Assembly: GCF_018350175.1 (NCBI RefSeq)
Contig: NC_058368.1
Span: forward strand, 237,834,001-237,898,000
Length of the DNA: 64,000 nt
DNA from: Felis catus
Lineage: Eukaryota
Direction of reading: 5' to 3'
Shown: one piece after another, positions 36,431 to 49,987 of the stretch
Layout: each line of letters begins with the position of its first letter
Numbering within the stretch: the stretch's first letter is position 1
Program-made: the position numbers and the translations under genes
The notes under the pieces: generated by a model
Database searches by the model: none
What the model was told of the DNA's origin: nothing
What the model saw: only the letters and a program-made list of their open reading frames with translations

Positions 36431-36659
36431 AAGCTAGTTTCAGTATTTTGCTTTGTCTCTTATCCTCTTCTCCTAGTCCATCCTGCTCCAAGGTTTTTTC
36501 TATGTTTGGCATTTGTGTATGTTATAATATTTCCATGGAATGTTCTTCTTCTCCCTCTTTTCTATGGCTAAATTGCAGCTTCGTCCATGTATCACCCTGT
36601 GTGTCACTTCCTCATTTTACCTAACGTAACTGAGCATTAACTCTAAGACCGTATTAAGC

Positions 36660-37635
36660 TTAAGATGCATATTGTAATCTCTAAAGCAATGACTGAAAAT
36701 GAATGCAAAGAGATACAGCCAGGAAGCCAACAAAGGAATTGAAATACAGTATTATATTAGTTCGATTCCTCCAAGAAACACACACCAAGATACGATTAGA
36801 CAGTGCAAAGATTTTTGGAAGAAAATGCCTGGAAGGGAATATGGGGCTGGGAGAGTTGCCAAACCATGATGCAGAAGAGAAGGGGAAGGAAGAAAGGATG
36901 AGTAGAAATCTTATTCTGTAAATGCAAGCCTAATAAAATTGTGACAAGAACAATTGGGAGTCCTCAAACAAAAGTCACAGAATAGAGACGTCCCTTGTCT
37001 GGCAGGAGTAGGCTGGCTACACTCACCAATTGGGAACTGGCTTTCAGAAGTGTGCCCCAGGCGCAAGAAGAGTGATGGACTCATGTTCAGCAGCTGGAGC
37101 GGGCAGTCTAACTCTCTGCACTTAGAGACCTGAGGGCTATCTTTTCACGGCCACCACTGAGACTAAAAAATATCTGCTTAACACTAAAGAAGGTTGGAAA
37201 AAAGGGACAGAGGGACAAAGACAGATGAAACAAATAAAAAACAAATTACAAAATGGCAGTCCTATATGTGGCCATATCAATAATTACATTAAATGTAAAT
37301 GAACTAAACACTTCAATAAAGGCAAAGATTGTCGGACTGAATAATAAAGCAAAGCCAAATATGCTCTATCAGAGATATGTTTTAAATACTAGGACATAAA
37401 CAGACTAAAGCAAAAAATTAGGAAAAGAAAAAGACACGTTACCTTTAAGCACAAGAAAGCCATGCTGACTCTGCTAATATCAGACAAAAGGGACTCTGTC
37501 TAAGAGCATCACTAGAGACGAAGGGGCTCCTTTTCTCAATATAAAAGGGCCAATATCCCAGGAGAATTTAACAATTCTAAATATATATGCAACTAACAAC
37601 AGGCATGTGGGGCAATATATAAGGCAAAAACCGAT
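36660..37635 (+). mobile_element. Ancient L1 inter-ORF/ORF2-endonuclease remnant interrupted by an LTR
   Basis: 'agatgcatattgtaatctctaaagcaa', then after the LTR 'aaaatggcag...catatcaataattacattaaatgtaaatgaactaaacacttcaataaaggcaaagattgtcggactgaat' (start of ORF2). Confidence 0.8.
36753..37157 (-). mobile_element. ERVL-class solo LTR (LTR16/LTR33-like) nested in L1
   Basis: Bounded by 'tatattagtt...' and '...cacggccaccac' (LTR-like termini). L1 sequence resumes on both sides. Confidence 0.55.
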
Positions 37636-38221
37636 CCCCAACTTTGCCTGTGGAGATTGTGGGGAGATCTACCAGTCTTTCCTGATTCTGAGCCCCAAGT
37701 CATGCTGGAATCTGCAAATGTCTTGACAGAAAAGTCATACTCAATACCAGTCTCACTTCATTCTGTGCTCCCTTTTTCAAGGGGCTCTGCCCCTCTAAAC
37801 CTAGCTGTCTTAGTAGCTTCCAAAACCTTTAAACATCCCTGTTTTTGAAGTTATTGTTGTCATTTGTACTTTTATACAGCTTTTTCAGTTATTTGCAGAA
37901 GGACAGATGGGCTAAGATAACTACTAAGCCATAATAAACGCAGAACAGAGAAACCTTTTTCTGAAACCTCTTTCCCAGACAATAACGCAGCTACTTGCTG
38001 CACACTCCTCTAGGAGCCTGCAAACTTTCCTCATGGATGTTGCCATAATCTGTAACCACACATAACCTTTTATTCTCATAATTGTGTTTAACATTTTTTA
38101 TTAGAATTTAAGCCCCATGAGAGAAAAGACATGTTTCTTTTGTCCATCACTCTATCTCCAACACCAAGTCCAACCCAAATAGAAATAGATGATGATATAT
38201 TGATAATACACAGATGATGCT

Positions 38222-38249
38222 GATAGATAGATAGATAGATAGATAGATA
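38222..38249. repeat. (GATA)7 microsatellite
   Basis: Read directly from the sequence. Confidence 0.97.
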
Positions 38250-38479
38250 GGAAATAAATGAATATACTTCAAAAATGTATTTCTCTGTTTCCCCTACATA
38301 CAGATCACATACACCTCCCCAGCTTATGGGAGACGTCTTTAGGGAGAAGGAGGGAGACCGCACAAGAATAGTTTCAGGAAAGCATCGTATACTTAATATC
38401 TGTAGCTGTTTTTAAAAGATTCTTTAGAAGGGATCTTGACTAGGCATTTGGAACTTATCTCACATCTTGAAGTCAGACT

Positions 38480-38675
38480 GGGAGGTTTAAAAGAATAGTT
38501 CTCAGATTTGAATCCTAACCCTACAGCTTACAAAGTTTATCATCTGGTCACGTTACTTAGGCACTCCCAGATTCTCATCTGTAAAATTGGGATTCTAACA
38601 TCTGCCTTATGGGGTTGTTGCAAGGATTCAGTAAAATGGACATAAAGCATTAAGAGAATGGCTCGGCATATATTA
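38480..38675 (+). mobile_element. MIR SINE remnant
   Basis: 'gatttgaatcct...gttactta...ttctcatctgtaaaattgggattctaacatctgccttatggggttgttgcaaggatt...taaagcattaagagaatggctcggcata'. Confidence 0.85.
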
Positions 38676-40284
38676 AAACAAGCCGTTAAAAATATCAATG
38701 TTTACAGTATATGCAATGACACAGAATTATAGTCCAGATAAAAATATTTTGCAAAGGACCATCTTTGGAATAGTCCCCTCAGTTTACTCCTTATAGATCT
38801 CAGTTTTAATCTGATTAAAATTCATATATCAAAATTCATGTCAATCGATTCAAATAAACTTTCCAAAACGGAGTCAATCACTGTTACATTCATCCCATCA
38901 CAGTTTGATTTGATGCCTCTAACTGTGCACTCTTTTTTGTTTCTTTATTTTCCTGCTCTCATATTCCAACAAATAACTTAGGAAAACCCTCTTTAGAAGT
39001 CAGGTAAGTAAAGAACGTCTCTGGGGTAGACGAGGTGTTCTTGGTTGTCCTCCATTATTAAACATGCGCAGCCCTCTGAGGAGAAGGCATTTCAGCTTAG
39101 GAACACTTCCATTTTTTTTTCACCACAACAAAACATCTAATTTCCTTTCAGTAAGAGTTTTTGCAAAAATAAGTGTTTCATCAAGGGACAAAGATAACAA
39201 GGGCCAGCTGACTCAACAGCTTCTCCCTCAAGATAAGCAGAGAACGCCTTTAGAGTCTTTGCGTCCATATTATGCATTTGCCCTGATTCACCTGTCACGC
39301 TTCAACCTGAGTTATCTGGACACTGTTGAGCAACTGGCCTGGGGGCTCCCCTCGGTGGTGACCGCTCACCCTTCCTCGTATCTTTCCGGCACACCAAACC
39401 CAAAGTTCCTGGGCAGTCTCTCGTTTCACTTTCTTCCACGAGGATGAAGAACGTGTGAAATCTATTCACCTTCCCTGATAGCACTGAACTTTGGCTTCAG
39501 AGAAACAACAACTCACTTTTGAGTCAGATTCATTCTTTATCTTTTGAATAGTGCCTGGGAAGCTTGCTTACTATGATGGCACACTCGGGTATCACAAACG
39601 GCTCTAGGAAACCCTGCACACAGCTGACTGGAAGGCACAGAGCGCCCATGGTCCCAGCTGTTCATCATACATAGAAAGCGGGTGTCTCCGGGCATCTTTG
39701 CAAGCTGGGCACATGAAGGGGACTGAGACAGCAGCTCTGCGGTTTCTTTGCTGTCCATGAGCTTTCACACTCGTACGAACCCCGAAAACTGAAAACCACT
39801 GTCTCCATCCATAGAGCTCCTTCCCTTCTCTTGGGCAACACATTTAATTCACTCCTCTGCTGTATCTTTCTGACAAAGCACCGGGGGGATCGTTGGATGA
39901 ATGAGGGACGATGTTTTCCATCCACCCAGGAGTCTAGGCAGTTAGAAGACATCAGTCATTAGTTCATCGTGGTAGCAGCTAGGGCACCACAATTAGAAAG
40001 CAGATACCAGGGCTACCCGCCGTGAGGATGACCATGCTTCTGTGTATGGGTGTGGAGACGGAATGGGGGACCAGCACCCAGCCACTCGCCACCCCACCAG
40101 GGCCCATCTGCTGCTGACTCAAAATCAGATTAATGCACGCATGGTCTCAGATGGCAGATCGCACTGCAAGGTGAACTTTGCAAACATCCTCCTCTGCCTC
40201 GACCTCCAACTCCTGCTCCATTGGGTAAGAGAATCAGCTCTTGATTCTTTCAGGTATTTCCCCTAGCATTTAACTTTACATAGA

Positions 40285-40460
40285 TATTTTAATGTTTGTT
40301 TGTTTGTTTGTTTGTTTGTTTGTTTGTTTAGAGACAGAGACAAAGAGAGCTGTCAGCATAGAGCCCGGCGTGGGGCTTGATTTCACAAATCGTGAGATCA
40401 TGACCTGAGCCAAAATCAAGAGTTGGGCCCTTAACCGACTGAGCCCCCCTGAGTGGCCCC
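40285..40460 (-). mobile_element. CAN-SINE (internally deleted) with (GTTT)9 in its tail
   Basis: 'gtgagatcatgacctgagccaaaatcaagagttgggcccttaaccgactgagcc'. Flanked by TAACTTTA(C/T)AT direct repeats. (GTTT)9 at 40294-40329. Confidence 0.9.
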
Positions 40461-41864
40461 TAACTTTATATTGTTAAATAATGCATTTATATCACTGCTT
40501 TCTGATTCTTTATTATTAGAAACTGTTGATTTTCTACTGTGGAAGATAAGGACTTAGCGGTCCTGTCCCCCAACCCAGCACATGAACGCATGTTCACAAC
40601 GACACAAAGTAGTCTGTGGTTTTCTTTCTTTGTACAGACTTTTGGTTTTCATATTTTTCTTCTACCTGTGCCTCATTTGCGCCCAGACTTCATTTGGAGC
40701 TCTCAAGATCTTCTCGGTGCAGGGACACATCAGGCTATGGACAGTCCTGTTTGAGGAGGAGCCGTCTCTGTCCCACCGCCCCTGACTGGAGGGGTCATGC
40801 CCCAAGGCCAGGTATCTCCCTGGGGAGTTCTCCTTATCGCCCACCACACCGGGGACGTCCCCTACTCTCTCCCGGTCACACGCCGTGCTCTGGATCCCCA
40901 TTGCAGCCTCCTGTCGGAAACACAAGGCCAGCAGCTTCAGGAGGAAAGAGCGAACAAGGGATCCTTTACTAAGACCGAATACTTGCAAACGGTTTTGAAG
41001 TCTGCTTTCACATTTGCAACATGGGGACACTTTGACATAACTGCGTTCACGGGTGTCTCTAAGTTGCTGTTCCAACTGCAAGAAAGTCAGTTTGAGAACC
41101 ACGAAGAACTCAGGGTTCCCCGGCCGGGTTGATCAGTTTCCCAGAAAAGAATGCCCCAAACTCGGCCAGCTTGGAGCCTGGAGAAGGGCCTGGGATGTCT
41201 CTTGTTCTCTGAGAGACCCCTGACCGCATCCTCAGTGCTGCAAGTGTCCCAGGGACAGGGACCACAGCCCTTCCAGGTGACCCCTCCAGCGTGTGGCCTC
41301 CTGTTTTCTGCCAGCGTGTGTGTTCGGGGACAGGGCAGGCACTTCTGTGCAGGGAGGGCATCTGTGCCTCTTCTCTTTGTGAGGTTCAAAGACTCCTACC
41401 ATGCTCTCTGTACCTCAGCCCGAGATCGCATCTTCCTGGTGGCCCTGGTTCTTCTGCAGTTGGTAGGGCCAGCCAGCCTCCCTTCCCCGGCTCTGCTCTC
41501 ACACCCTCCAGCCAGCCAGGTCAGCCCCACTTCCCACCTTCCCCTCTTGGTCACCCTCATAAGTTCATGCTGAGTTTGTCCTCAATTTTTTGAGAGCTCC
41601 GAGAAAGAGCAGACGTAAGTGCATCTGGGCAAAGAAACCTGGTGGGCTGAAAACGCTGGTTCACGCCAGAAAACAAAAGGCACGTGTGCTTAAATTCATT
41701 GTGTCACTTTTCCATTGTGTCCTGACCAAATAAACTGTCTATGCATGGAGGCTCCAGACAGACATGGGACAGTCTTGCTCCGCTGTGGACATCGACTCTC
41801 CTGTTTCACTTCTGATTTCCACACTGGTTCTCCCTCCCTGATTCAGATGAGGCTGCCCAGCAAC

Positions 41865-41895
<31 letters not shown>

Positions 41896-42005
41896 ACGTA
41901 GATGCACACATATGCACAAACATATGTGCACATGCATAGTGCATACACATGTGCACAGTCGAGCACACAGGGCACAAGCACAGGTGCACACACACCCGTG
42001 CACAC
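41865..42005. repeat. (CA)13 plus degenerate CA-rich tract
   Basis: Perfect (CA)13 at 41865-41890. Confidence 0.92.
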
Positions 42006-45000
42006 ACATCTCCGAGGGGACCCCTGAAAGCCAGCACTTGTCTTGTGATGCGTCCAGGGACTGAGGCCGAGAGAGCATCCAACCTCCTTCTCACACTAGG
42101 CACGCTCGTCTGTCTTTAGGTCCCTTCAGAGAAGGTCTGTGTGTCTTAATTTCCTGTCGGAAACTCCTCACTGTCTCTCTCTGAGTTTTCTCTGGGATTT
42201 GTCCCTTGCACTCTCCTTTTCTCAATGTGCGGTCCCCAGGTCTGCGGGGGTGTCCACGTCAGGGTCACCTGGATGCATGCTGCTGGCCTCAGAGGGCCCT
42301 GCTCTGCCGGCCCGGAGCGGGGACAGCGTGGCCGCCGAGGTCCGCATCATCCTTCTGTAGTCTCTGGCTCCCCCCGTAGACAGGCTCTGCTCCGTGCGCA
42401 GCGACAGCGACGGCTCGGCCACCGTCCCCTAACGGGCACCCGGACGAGGTCTGCTCCCTGTCACGCCCGACACACGGGCCCTCGTCACACGCTTCACGTG
42501 ACTGACGCCACCTCTGACACTTCACACGCAGACTCTAAAGTGAAGTACGTGCCCTTCCTTTGACAGTATGAAGAATTAGAATTACTTTTCATGGGCTTGA
42601 TTATTAAAATAACAAGTTAATTTCCAAACACATGAAAACGACCCCAATCTTTACATGGATGTTTAGTGAACATTTTTACACGTGTATCAAATAAGCTCAT
42701 CACGTTAAATATTAATTCGTCAGTGATACGTGGCACCCTGTGGTCTCCCAAGGCACCTTGTACGTCCTGAATTCTCTTTTGTTTGTATGTAAATATATTA
42801 CACACACAACCATGCACACACATTTTCCCCTTTACATTAGAATATGAAGAAATCAGCCCAGATGTCCGAGAGTTTTGTAACCTTGAGTTTTCAAATTTCC
42901 AGTTAATTTCTAATTGCTCTAAGTGATGTCTTCTCTGCCCCCACCCCAACCGCAAATAATCTATCCATTTCAGACATCCTTAGAGAAGACGAACGGACCG
43001 TGTCCGTCTGGATGATCATTCCCCTATGGGAGCCCCGAGGGGCAGGGAACGTGGTGTTTCCCCACAGCCACTGGGCCTTCTGCCCCAGCGTGTGGTTTAG
43101 GTTTGGTGTGGGGAAGGTGCCCAAACCCAGCAGGGCCCACCCACCAGCTGTTCGTTCCCCAGACGAGAACTTCAAAGACACAGAAAATAGAAAACCATAT
43201 TCTTCCTAAAACCACGTTTTCACCAATTTCAATGTTATAGTATTTATTTACTCACAGCCTGTTTATTGCCTCAAGGTTTAAGCGACCGTTGGTGTGAATG
43301 AGGTCTGTAAGTGAGCGACGACTATTTTCTGGTACCGATTTTCTAACGAGGGTAAATTTGGTATTGTGGCAGATCCTCAGACGATCCACACTAAATACTA
43401 GTTTTGAAGATAGGAAACGATGAAATAGAAGTATGAGCTTTTTAAAAAATAAGTTTCATTGCCTCCAAATAACTTTAAAACCTACATTTCTTTCCTTGAA
43501 TCCTAATAAAATAAAAGCAAACCAAAGCATAAGACATTTCGACTAAATAGAAAACAAAGGGAGGGGCCTGCGTTAGGGGACGTTTGATATTTGAGTAAGT
43601 TACCAAAGGGGGGGCTGAACTTTCTGAGGCACCAAGGAAAAAACCCAATGACACCGGTTCCGCCCGCTGGGCGTAAGTATGATCCACGGGGGGAAGGTGT
43701 GGCGGGGGCACAGGCAGGCCCGCTGGTGAGGGGGTGTGTCTGCAGTCAGGGAAAACGCTGAGACCAAGCACTGCGCTCAAGTCCCCGGCTGTCACAAGGA
43801 CACGGCCAGTGCCCTCAAGGCGCTGTCTGCGCAGCTCGGCACCGGCCTCGTTCATTCTCTCCCTGTGCGCCGTCTGTCTCCCCATCTTGCTTGCTTATTT
43901 CTTTATCTGTCACCCCGGAAAGGTGGCGTTGAAACGAATCTGAGAAGAAACTTTTCGGCTGGACAGCAAGCAGAGGAGGGTTAGACCGGCAGCAGTCCCA
44001 GCCCACCTGGGAGCAGGACCCAGGAGACCTGGAGGCGGGGCCCATCCTTGTCCTCCCTCTCACACAAGGGGTCCGTGTGCCTGGACCGCGAGCACATTCT
44101 GACCTGCGGCCGGGGCTTGGATAGGAGTGACCTGAGCCTTTTGTTTGTATGTTCCGCGCAGGATGAATTCAAGCGCTGAACGTGAGGGTGAGTTAGGAAG
44201 ATTTCTGGATGATCAATCAACAGACCCAGAGAGAGAACAGCACGCATTCGTATCTGGACGACCGTCTCCCTTTGTGGAGTCTTCTGAAGACGCTGGCACG
44301 GGAGCCTGACTCACCAACACACACACGCTGGCACGGGCATCCTTTGGCATAGTTTACAATGGTCTCGGTTTTCAAATGAGGTGGTTAGCCCCATTTTCCC
44401 GTTTCCCTGATGTTTAGCTACTGCCACGGAACATTTGGGTGGCCCTCACCGCGGAAAACCCCATAGCACCAGCTCTACACAGCTGCAGGAAGGCATAACA
44501 CTTATTACTAAGTCACCTCCCTCTTCCTCCGAGCTTCTCGGATGAGTCACCTACTGTGTCTATGTTGCACCGATGGTGCACTCCTGTGCCCCTACACTGC
44601 ACAAGTCCGTGTATATCGCTGGAAGGCCCTGGCCCCTCCGGGGACGATGCCGCTGTGGTTAAAGCCAGCTGTGGGCACACACGTTGGCCATAGTGCTGAC
44701 CTCTTTCAACACATCCTGTGTGTGGTCTCCAACAGGGCTCACGGATCTGGTACATCCTGGGCAATGCCAGGGCTGGCTTCTTCTCAGTCCTACTCGGTGC
44801 CCCTTTGGTCTCCGGGTCCTCTTCAGCGACTGAAAGGAGGCTAACACAGCGACTGATGCATTTGACTTTTTAATTCCCCTCTGGAGCATCTTTTTCTTCA
44901 ACAGATGTTCTCAAAATAATTAAGTGATGGATAGCATGCATTATTGAAAATGCTGGATGCCTCCCTAATGCTCTTCACATTTGTATATCTGTCAGCACAG

Positions 45001-46261
45001 AATTGAGTACTCAGAAATGTTGTGCTATTTATTTTGCAAATTACCAAACATTCACTCTGGCCAAGGAGGAGAGGAAGGGAGAATGGCCAACAAGCTCTCT
45101 GGTTCCTACAATCGCCCCACCCACCACGTCGGCAGGATTCATGGGTTCCCATACAATCTGTGAACACAGAACTCTGTAAAAAACCATATCCAGCCGATCA
45201 CCCAGCCCTAAATAATTCTTGGAATTGGGGCCATCTCTTTATTTAATTTTGGAATTTCAGAAATTTCACATTCTATGTTGATATCCTTTGTCCAACATTA
45301 ACTAACTCTTGGAATGGGAAATTGCCTTTTATATTTAGTTATTTAGTAAATACCTGGATCTATCCTGCCCCTAAGATGTTCAAGTCGGGGTGACCTACAC
45401 ACTGACTCCAGCTTTTCAACTTGCTTGGGGCCAGTATCGCATTCCTGAGCTGCTTGGTCTTGCTTCGGACCAATGCACAGGAAGGACCTCAACCCGTACC
45501 CACATCTCCAACATGGTGGGCGTGGAAACAATTCTAAGAAATATATGGGTCTCAGCTATGGAAATAAATTTCCAATTTTCATATATGGATTGTTATCTCC
45601 TTTTAGAGTACATTTCTGGGTGTAATTGGAATTCGCTTCTGGACAACTTTTGAACTTGGGGCTTTGGTGGCCCATATCTTCACGTACATCTCAGATCTGT
45701 TTGTGAAAGCTTGTTAGGTCCTGCTGTGGGGTCACAAGTGATTGGAAGTGTCGCTGAGAGAAGGTGTTTGCAGGAAGGTAGGCACTGTCAGGTCTATGAG
45801 TGCTGTTCAGATTCACGAACGTTTTCCTAAAGGAAAACACATTGATGCAGAATGCCTTGATCTTGAAGGTAAAGAATTCATTTTTCCCAATGAATGGAGC
45901 ACTTACCTGGTTCCAGGTGCTGTGGACAAAGCCACAAGTATGACAAAGGAGGTCCGGTTTCCACAGAACTTCCACGGATGGAGACAGGTAGTGAACAGAG
46001 ACACAAAGTATAATTTGGGGTCCCGATTAAGGCATTTGGGGGTATCTTCACAACTTTGCACATATGGATTTGTCATTTCATAATGGTAGTAACTTCAGGT
46101 GTTCGAAGCCCGCTGGTTATCCACCCTGGCCCCTGGAGTCCGCGGAATGTTTGGGGTGGTCATCTTCTAGACCTTCCTCAGGGCCACTGGCTTAGTTATG
46201 TACAATGTTCTGCAGGTGACACACGGCAGGCACGAAAATGCCCTCGCTTGTCACCTTCTGG

Positions 46262-46515
46262 TTTTTTCATTTTTGAAAATGTTTGTTTGTTTTTGAAAGA
46301 GAGACAGAGCATGAGTGGAAGAGGGCAGAGAGAGAGAAGGAGACACAGAATCCGAAGCAGCTCCAGGCTCCAAGCTATCAGCACAGAGCCCGACGTGGGG
46401 CTCAAACCCAAGGACCACAAGATCATGACCTGAGCCGAAGTCAGATGTTTAACAGACTGAGCTGTCCAGGCGCCCGATTTTTAAATTTTTTAATGTTTAT
46501 TTATTTTTGAGAGAG
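46262..46515 (-). mobile_element. CAN-SINE (46262-46475) plus a second SINE tail fragment (46476-46515)
   Basis: Full SINE on the minus strand next to 'ttttttaatgtttatttatttttgagagag'. One TSD, TCGCTT(G/T)TCACCTTCTGG at 46244-46261 and 46516-46533, encloses both. Confidence 0.9.
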
Positions 46516-47824
46516 TCGCTTTTCACCTTCTGGGCTCACAACGCAGCCTCAGTGAGAAAGGACCAGCCTTGTACCAGATTCTGGCACGTGATTCATGGAC
46601 GGCTGTCCAGCTCCCAGCTACATAGCATCAGTTAGGGCCCACTAGTTTGGGTGGGATATAAAAGAAAGAGGAGGAGGAGGACAAGAAGTGTTGGGAGGAG
46701 GAAGAGAAGAATTTAAAATACAAAAGAAAGAAGAGTAGTATGCATTTGATGTTAAATGATATTTTTGGGTACTATAGAAATTTTTGACAAATAATGAAAA
46801 ATCACCATCTAACACTATGTGGCTTTAAGAGATTTGGGATGTTAAAAATAAGGAACATTTTTATTCTGGACTGGGCCATCATGTCACAAAAGTGGCATAG
46901 TCAATCAATATCCTTTTAAATAGGAAGTACAAACTAGTTTTTAAGATGCTGATACCCCCAAGAATCATAAAAGAAATTCTTTTGGAGAAAAATGAATGAT
47001 TTCAGATCTTCTTCTGGGAATGCAGGTAATTTTCCCTCTTCTTGTCACTGAAATCTCTGGGCTTTGTATATGAAACAAATACACAAAGAATCCGAAAGGC
47101 GGAGAGAGGAGAAAGGCCTGGGGTACGATGCCATGGTGGGGAGTTCTCTGGATTTCGTTCTGCCTCATATACCCCAGACTCAGAGCTGAAGAAGCCAGCA
47201 GCACAGGAATACCCACAGGGGCAAAAAAAGTCCAACAAAAGTCTTCTCCCTCTGGTCAAGGGACGAGGAAAAGAGCAGCCCGGCAGGACAGTCCACTTTA
47301 CACAGTAGCCTCTCTACCCCAGCCCAGTACCACGTAAGACTGTGGTCCCACTGGACGCACACCAACCCTACTGGATGCACACCAGCCAGGGCCAAGTGGA
47401 GAGTCTGCACTTCCACACTATGAGGCTGTGATGAGACCCCCAATACCCCTGCCAGGCGTTGGCAGAGAAAGCCGAGCAGGGGGACAGAGAGATTCCCATG
47501 GCTGTCGGTGGTAACCAGGGTGCGTGCCTCCCCTTTCTACTGGGGTGGTGTCAGGGGATGCCTTGTGGAGGTTCGGGAGTCTCGTCCTTGCCCCGCAGGC
47601 TACCCCACCATGATGGCACTGGAAGCCACATGGGGGCCAGAACGCCCATCCCACCTGGCGGTACCGAGGATCCCCTTTAAACATCAGTGAGGACACTGGG
47701 CTCTCTCCTCACCATCCCCTGCTGCACTGGTGCCAGAGAAAGCTAAGTCAGCGGTGTGCATAAGGTCCGCAGTCTCCTAACATGATACGAAAATGTAGAG
47801 GTTTTAGTTAAAAATCACTCATCT

Positions 47825-48037
47825 GGGGCACCTGGGTAGCTCTTAATTTCGGCTTGAGCATACGACCCTTGGTTTTGGCTTAGGTCACGATCTCACTGTT
47901 CATGGGATCGAGCCCCATGTCAGGCTCTGCACTGAGAGTGGAGCCTGCTTGGGATTCTCTCTCTTTCCCTCTCTCTGCCCTTCCCCTGCTCTCACTCTCT
48001 CTGTGTCTGTCTCTATAGGTAAATAAATAATTTTTTT
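47825..48037 (+). mobile_element. Older CAN-SINE inserted in the L1
   Basis: SINE head and body. TSD AAATCACTCATC at 47812-47823 and 48038-48049. Confidence 0.92.
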
Positions 48038-48216
48038 AAATCACTCATCACACCACACACCAGGAAGATCTTAAACTGAATGGGAAAGGAGTGATTAGTA
48101 GATGCCAGTGCTGAGGTGAGGAAGAAATAGCATCACTTGATAAGATTTCAAAACAGCCATGATCAAAGTGCTTCCATGAACAGTATGAACACTATTGAAA
48201 TAAAAATAAAATTGGG

Positions 48217-48381
48217 GGGAGCGCCTGGGTGGCTCAGTTGGTTAAGCGTCTGACTTAGACTCAGGTCATGATCTCGCAGTTTGTGGGTTTGAGCCCCACG
48301 TCGGGCTGTGTGCTGACAGCTCAGAGCCTGGAGCCTGCTTTGGATTCTGTCTCCCTCTCTCTCTGCCCCTCCCCTGCAGGT

Positions 48382-48424
<43 letters not shown>

Positions 48425-48441
48425 ATTAAACATTAAAAAAA
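48217..48441 (+). mobile_element. Feline CAN-SINE with long (CT)n
   Basis: 'gcgcctgggtggctcagttggttaagcgtctgact...', (CT)n at ~48383-48421. Confidence 0.95.
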
Positions 48442-49456
48442 GAAGAAGAAAATGGAAACTCTCAGAAAAATAAAAAGAGAAAATATAAGAAAGACCAGAT
48501 GGAAATCTTAGAACTAAATGTAAAACAACTTTAATGAAAAAAAAAAAAAATCAATGTCTGTACTTGAAACCAACATGGAGGGAACAGAGTTAGCCAGCTT
48601 GAAGATGGAATGCTGGGAATGACTCAATTTGAACCACGGAGAGAAAATGGAATCATCACCAGACTGTCGGGGCCTGAGGGACACGACGGAATATACCACG
48701 CCACTGCAGTCACACAGGCAACCAGAAAGCACGCTCGGAGATAATGGCTGGATGTTTCCCAAACACGGCAAAAGCATAACCCTAAATTTGCAAGAAGCTG
48801 AGCAACACTTCCTCAGAATAAAACAGCCAGCAGGGTAAAATCTTCCCAATTTATCCAAAACACATCATTGTCAGCCTTCTGGAAAGTAAGGCGGTGGAAA
48901 GCTCTGAAAGAGAAGAGATGGAAACCTACAGGAAAAGAATGATCTGGATGAGAGCAGACTTCTGGGCGGGAAGTGTGGAGGCTGGCACGGGTGCTATGAC
49001 CTCCTCTGGTCACTGTAAGGAAGCAGCTATAGCTCCAGAATCCCAACCACTTGAGAAAGTCCTTGAGGAATGAAGGGTGTATCAAGATCCTCTCAGATGA
49101 AAGAAAAATTAAAAAAAAAATTCTGCCAGCTGATGTGCTCTGGAAGAATGGCTAAAGATATCATTTTAAACAGAAAGAAAATGACAAAAGAAAGACTCTT
49201 AGAATGTCAGAAACAAAGAAAGATCAGAAAGAGTAAAAGTATGGACAAATTACATTTTTCTTCTCCTCTGGAGTTTTCCCAATTATTTTTGAGGATTAAA
49301 CAAAACTTTTAATGCTGCCTGATTTTATTCTAGATATATGTAGAGGGGATACTTAAGACAATTATATTACAGACAAGGAGGGTAAGGTGGCATAGAAAGA
49401 GGTAAGTTTCCACGCTTCACTTGAATTGATGGAATGTCACAAATAGATTGCAATCT

Positions 49457-49664
49457 GGGGCGCCTGGGTGGCTCAGTTGGTTAAGCGTCCAACTTCAGCT
49501 CAGGTCATGATACAGCAGTTCGTGAGTTCAAGCCCAATGCTGGGCTCTGTGCTGACAGCTCAGAGGCTGGAGTCTGCTTCAGATTCTGTATCTCCCTCTC
49601 TGTCCTTTCCCCGCTCGTGCTCTCTCTCCCAAAAATAAACAAATGGTAAAAAAAATTCTAAACA
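49457..49664 (+). mobile_element. Feline CAN-SINE
   Basis: 'ggggcgcctgggtggctcagttggttaagcgtccaacttcagctcaggtcatgat'. Flanked by degenerate AAATAGAT repeats. Confidence 0.95.
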
Positions 49665-49782
49665 AAATAGATGCTGATAGATTATGTATGTGTGATGTAA
49701 CACCTAAAACACCAATAATAAAGGCTAAACAAAGAAATTCACTAAAAACACTGTATATATAGCAAAACTGAATTCTAAAAAA

Positions 49783-49987
49783 TTTTTTGATGTTTATTTT
49801 TGTAAGAGAGAGAGACAGGGTGTGAGCAGAGAAGGGGCAGAAAGAGAGGGAGACACAGAATCAGAAGCAGGCTTCAGGCTCCGAACTATCAGCCAAGAGC
49901 CCAATGTGGGGCTCAAACCCACAAACCTGGAGATCATGACCTGAGCTGAAGTAAGACACTTAACTGACTGAGCCACCCAGGTGCCCC
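49783..49987 (-). mobile_element. Feline CAN-SINE
   Basis: 'gagatcatgacctgagctgaagtaagacacttaactgactgagccacccaggtgcccc'. Confidence 0.95.
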
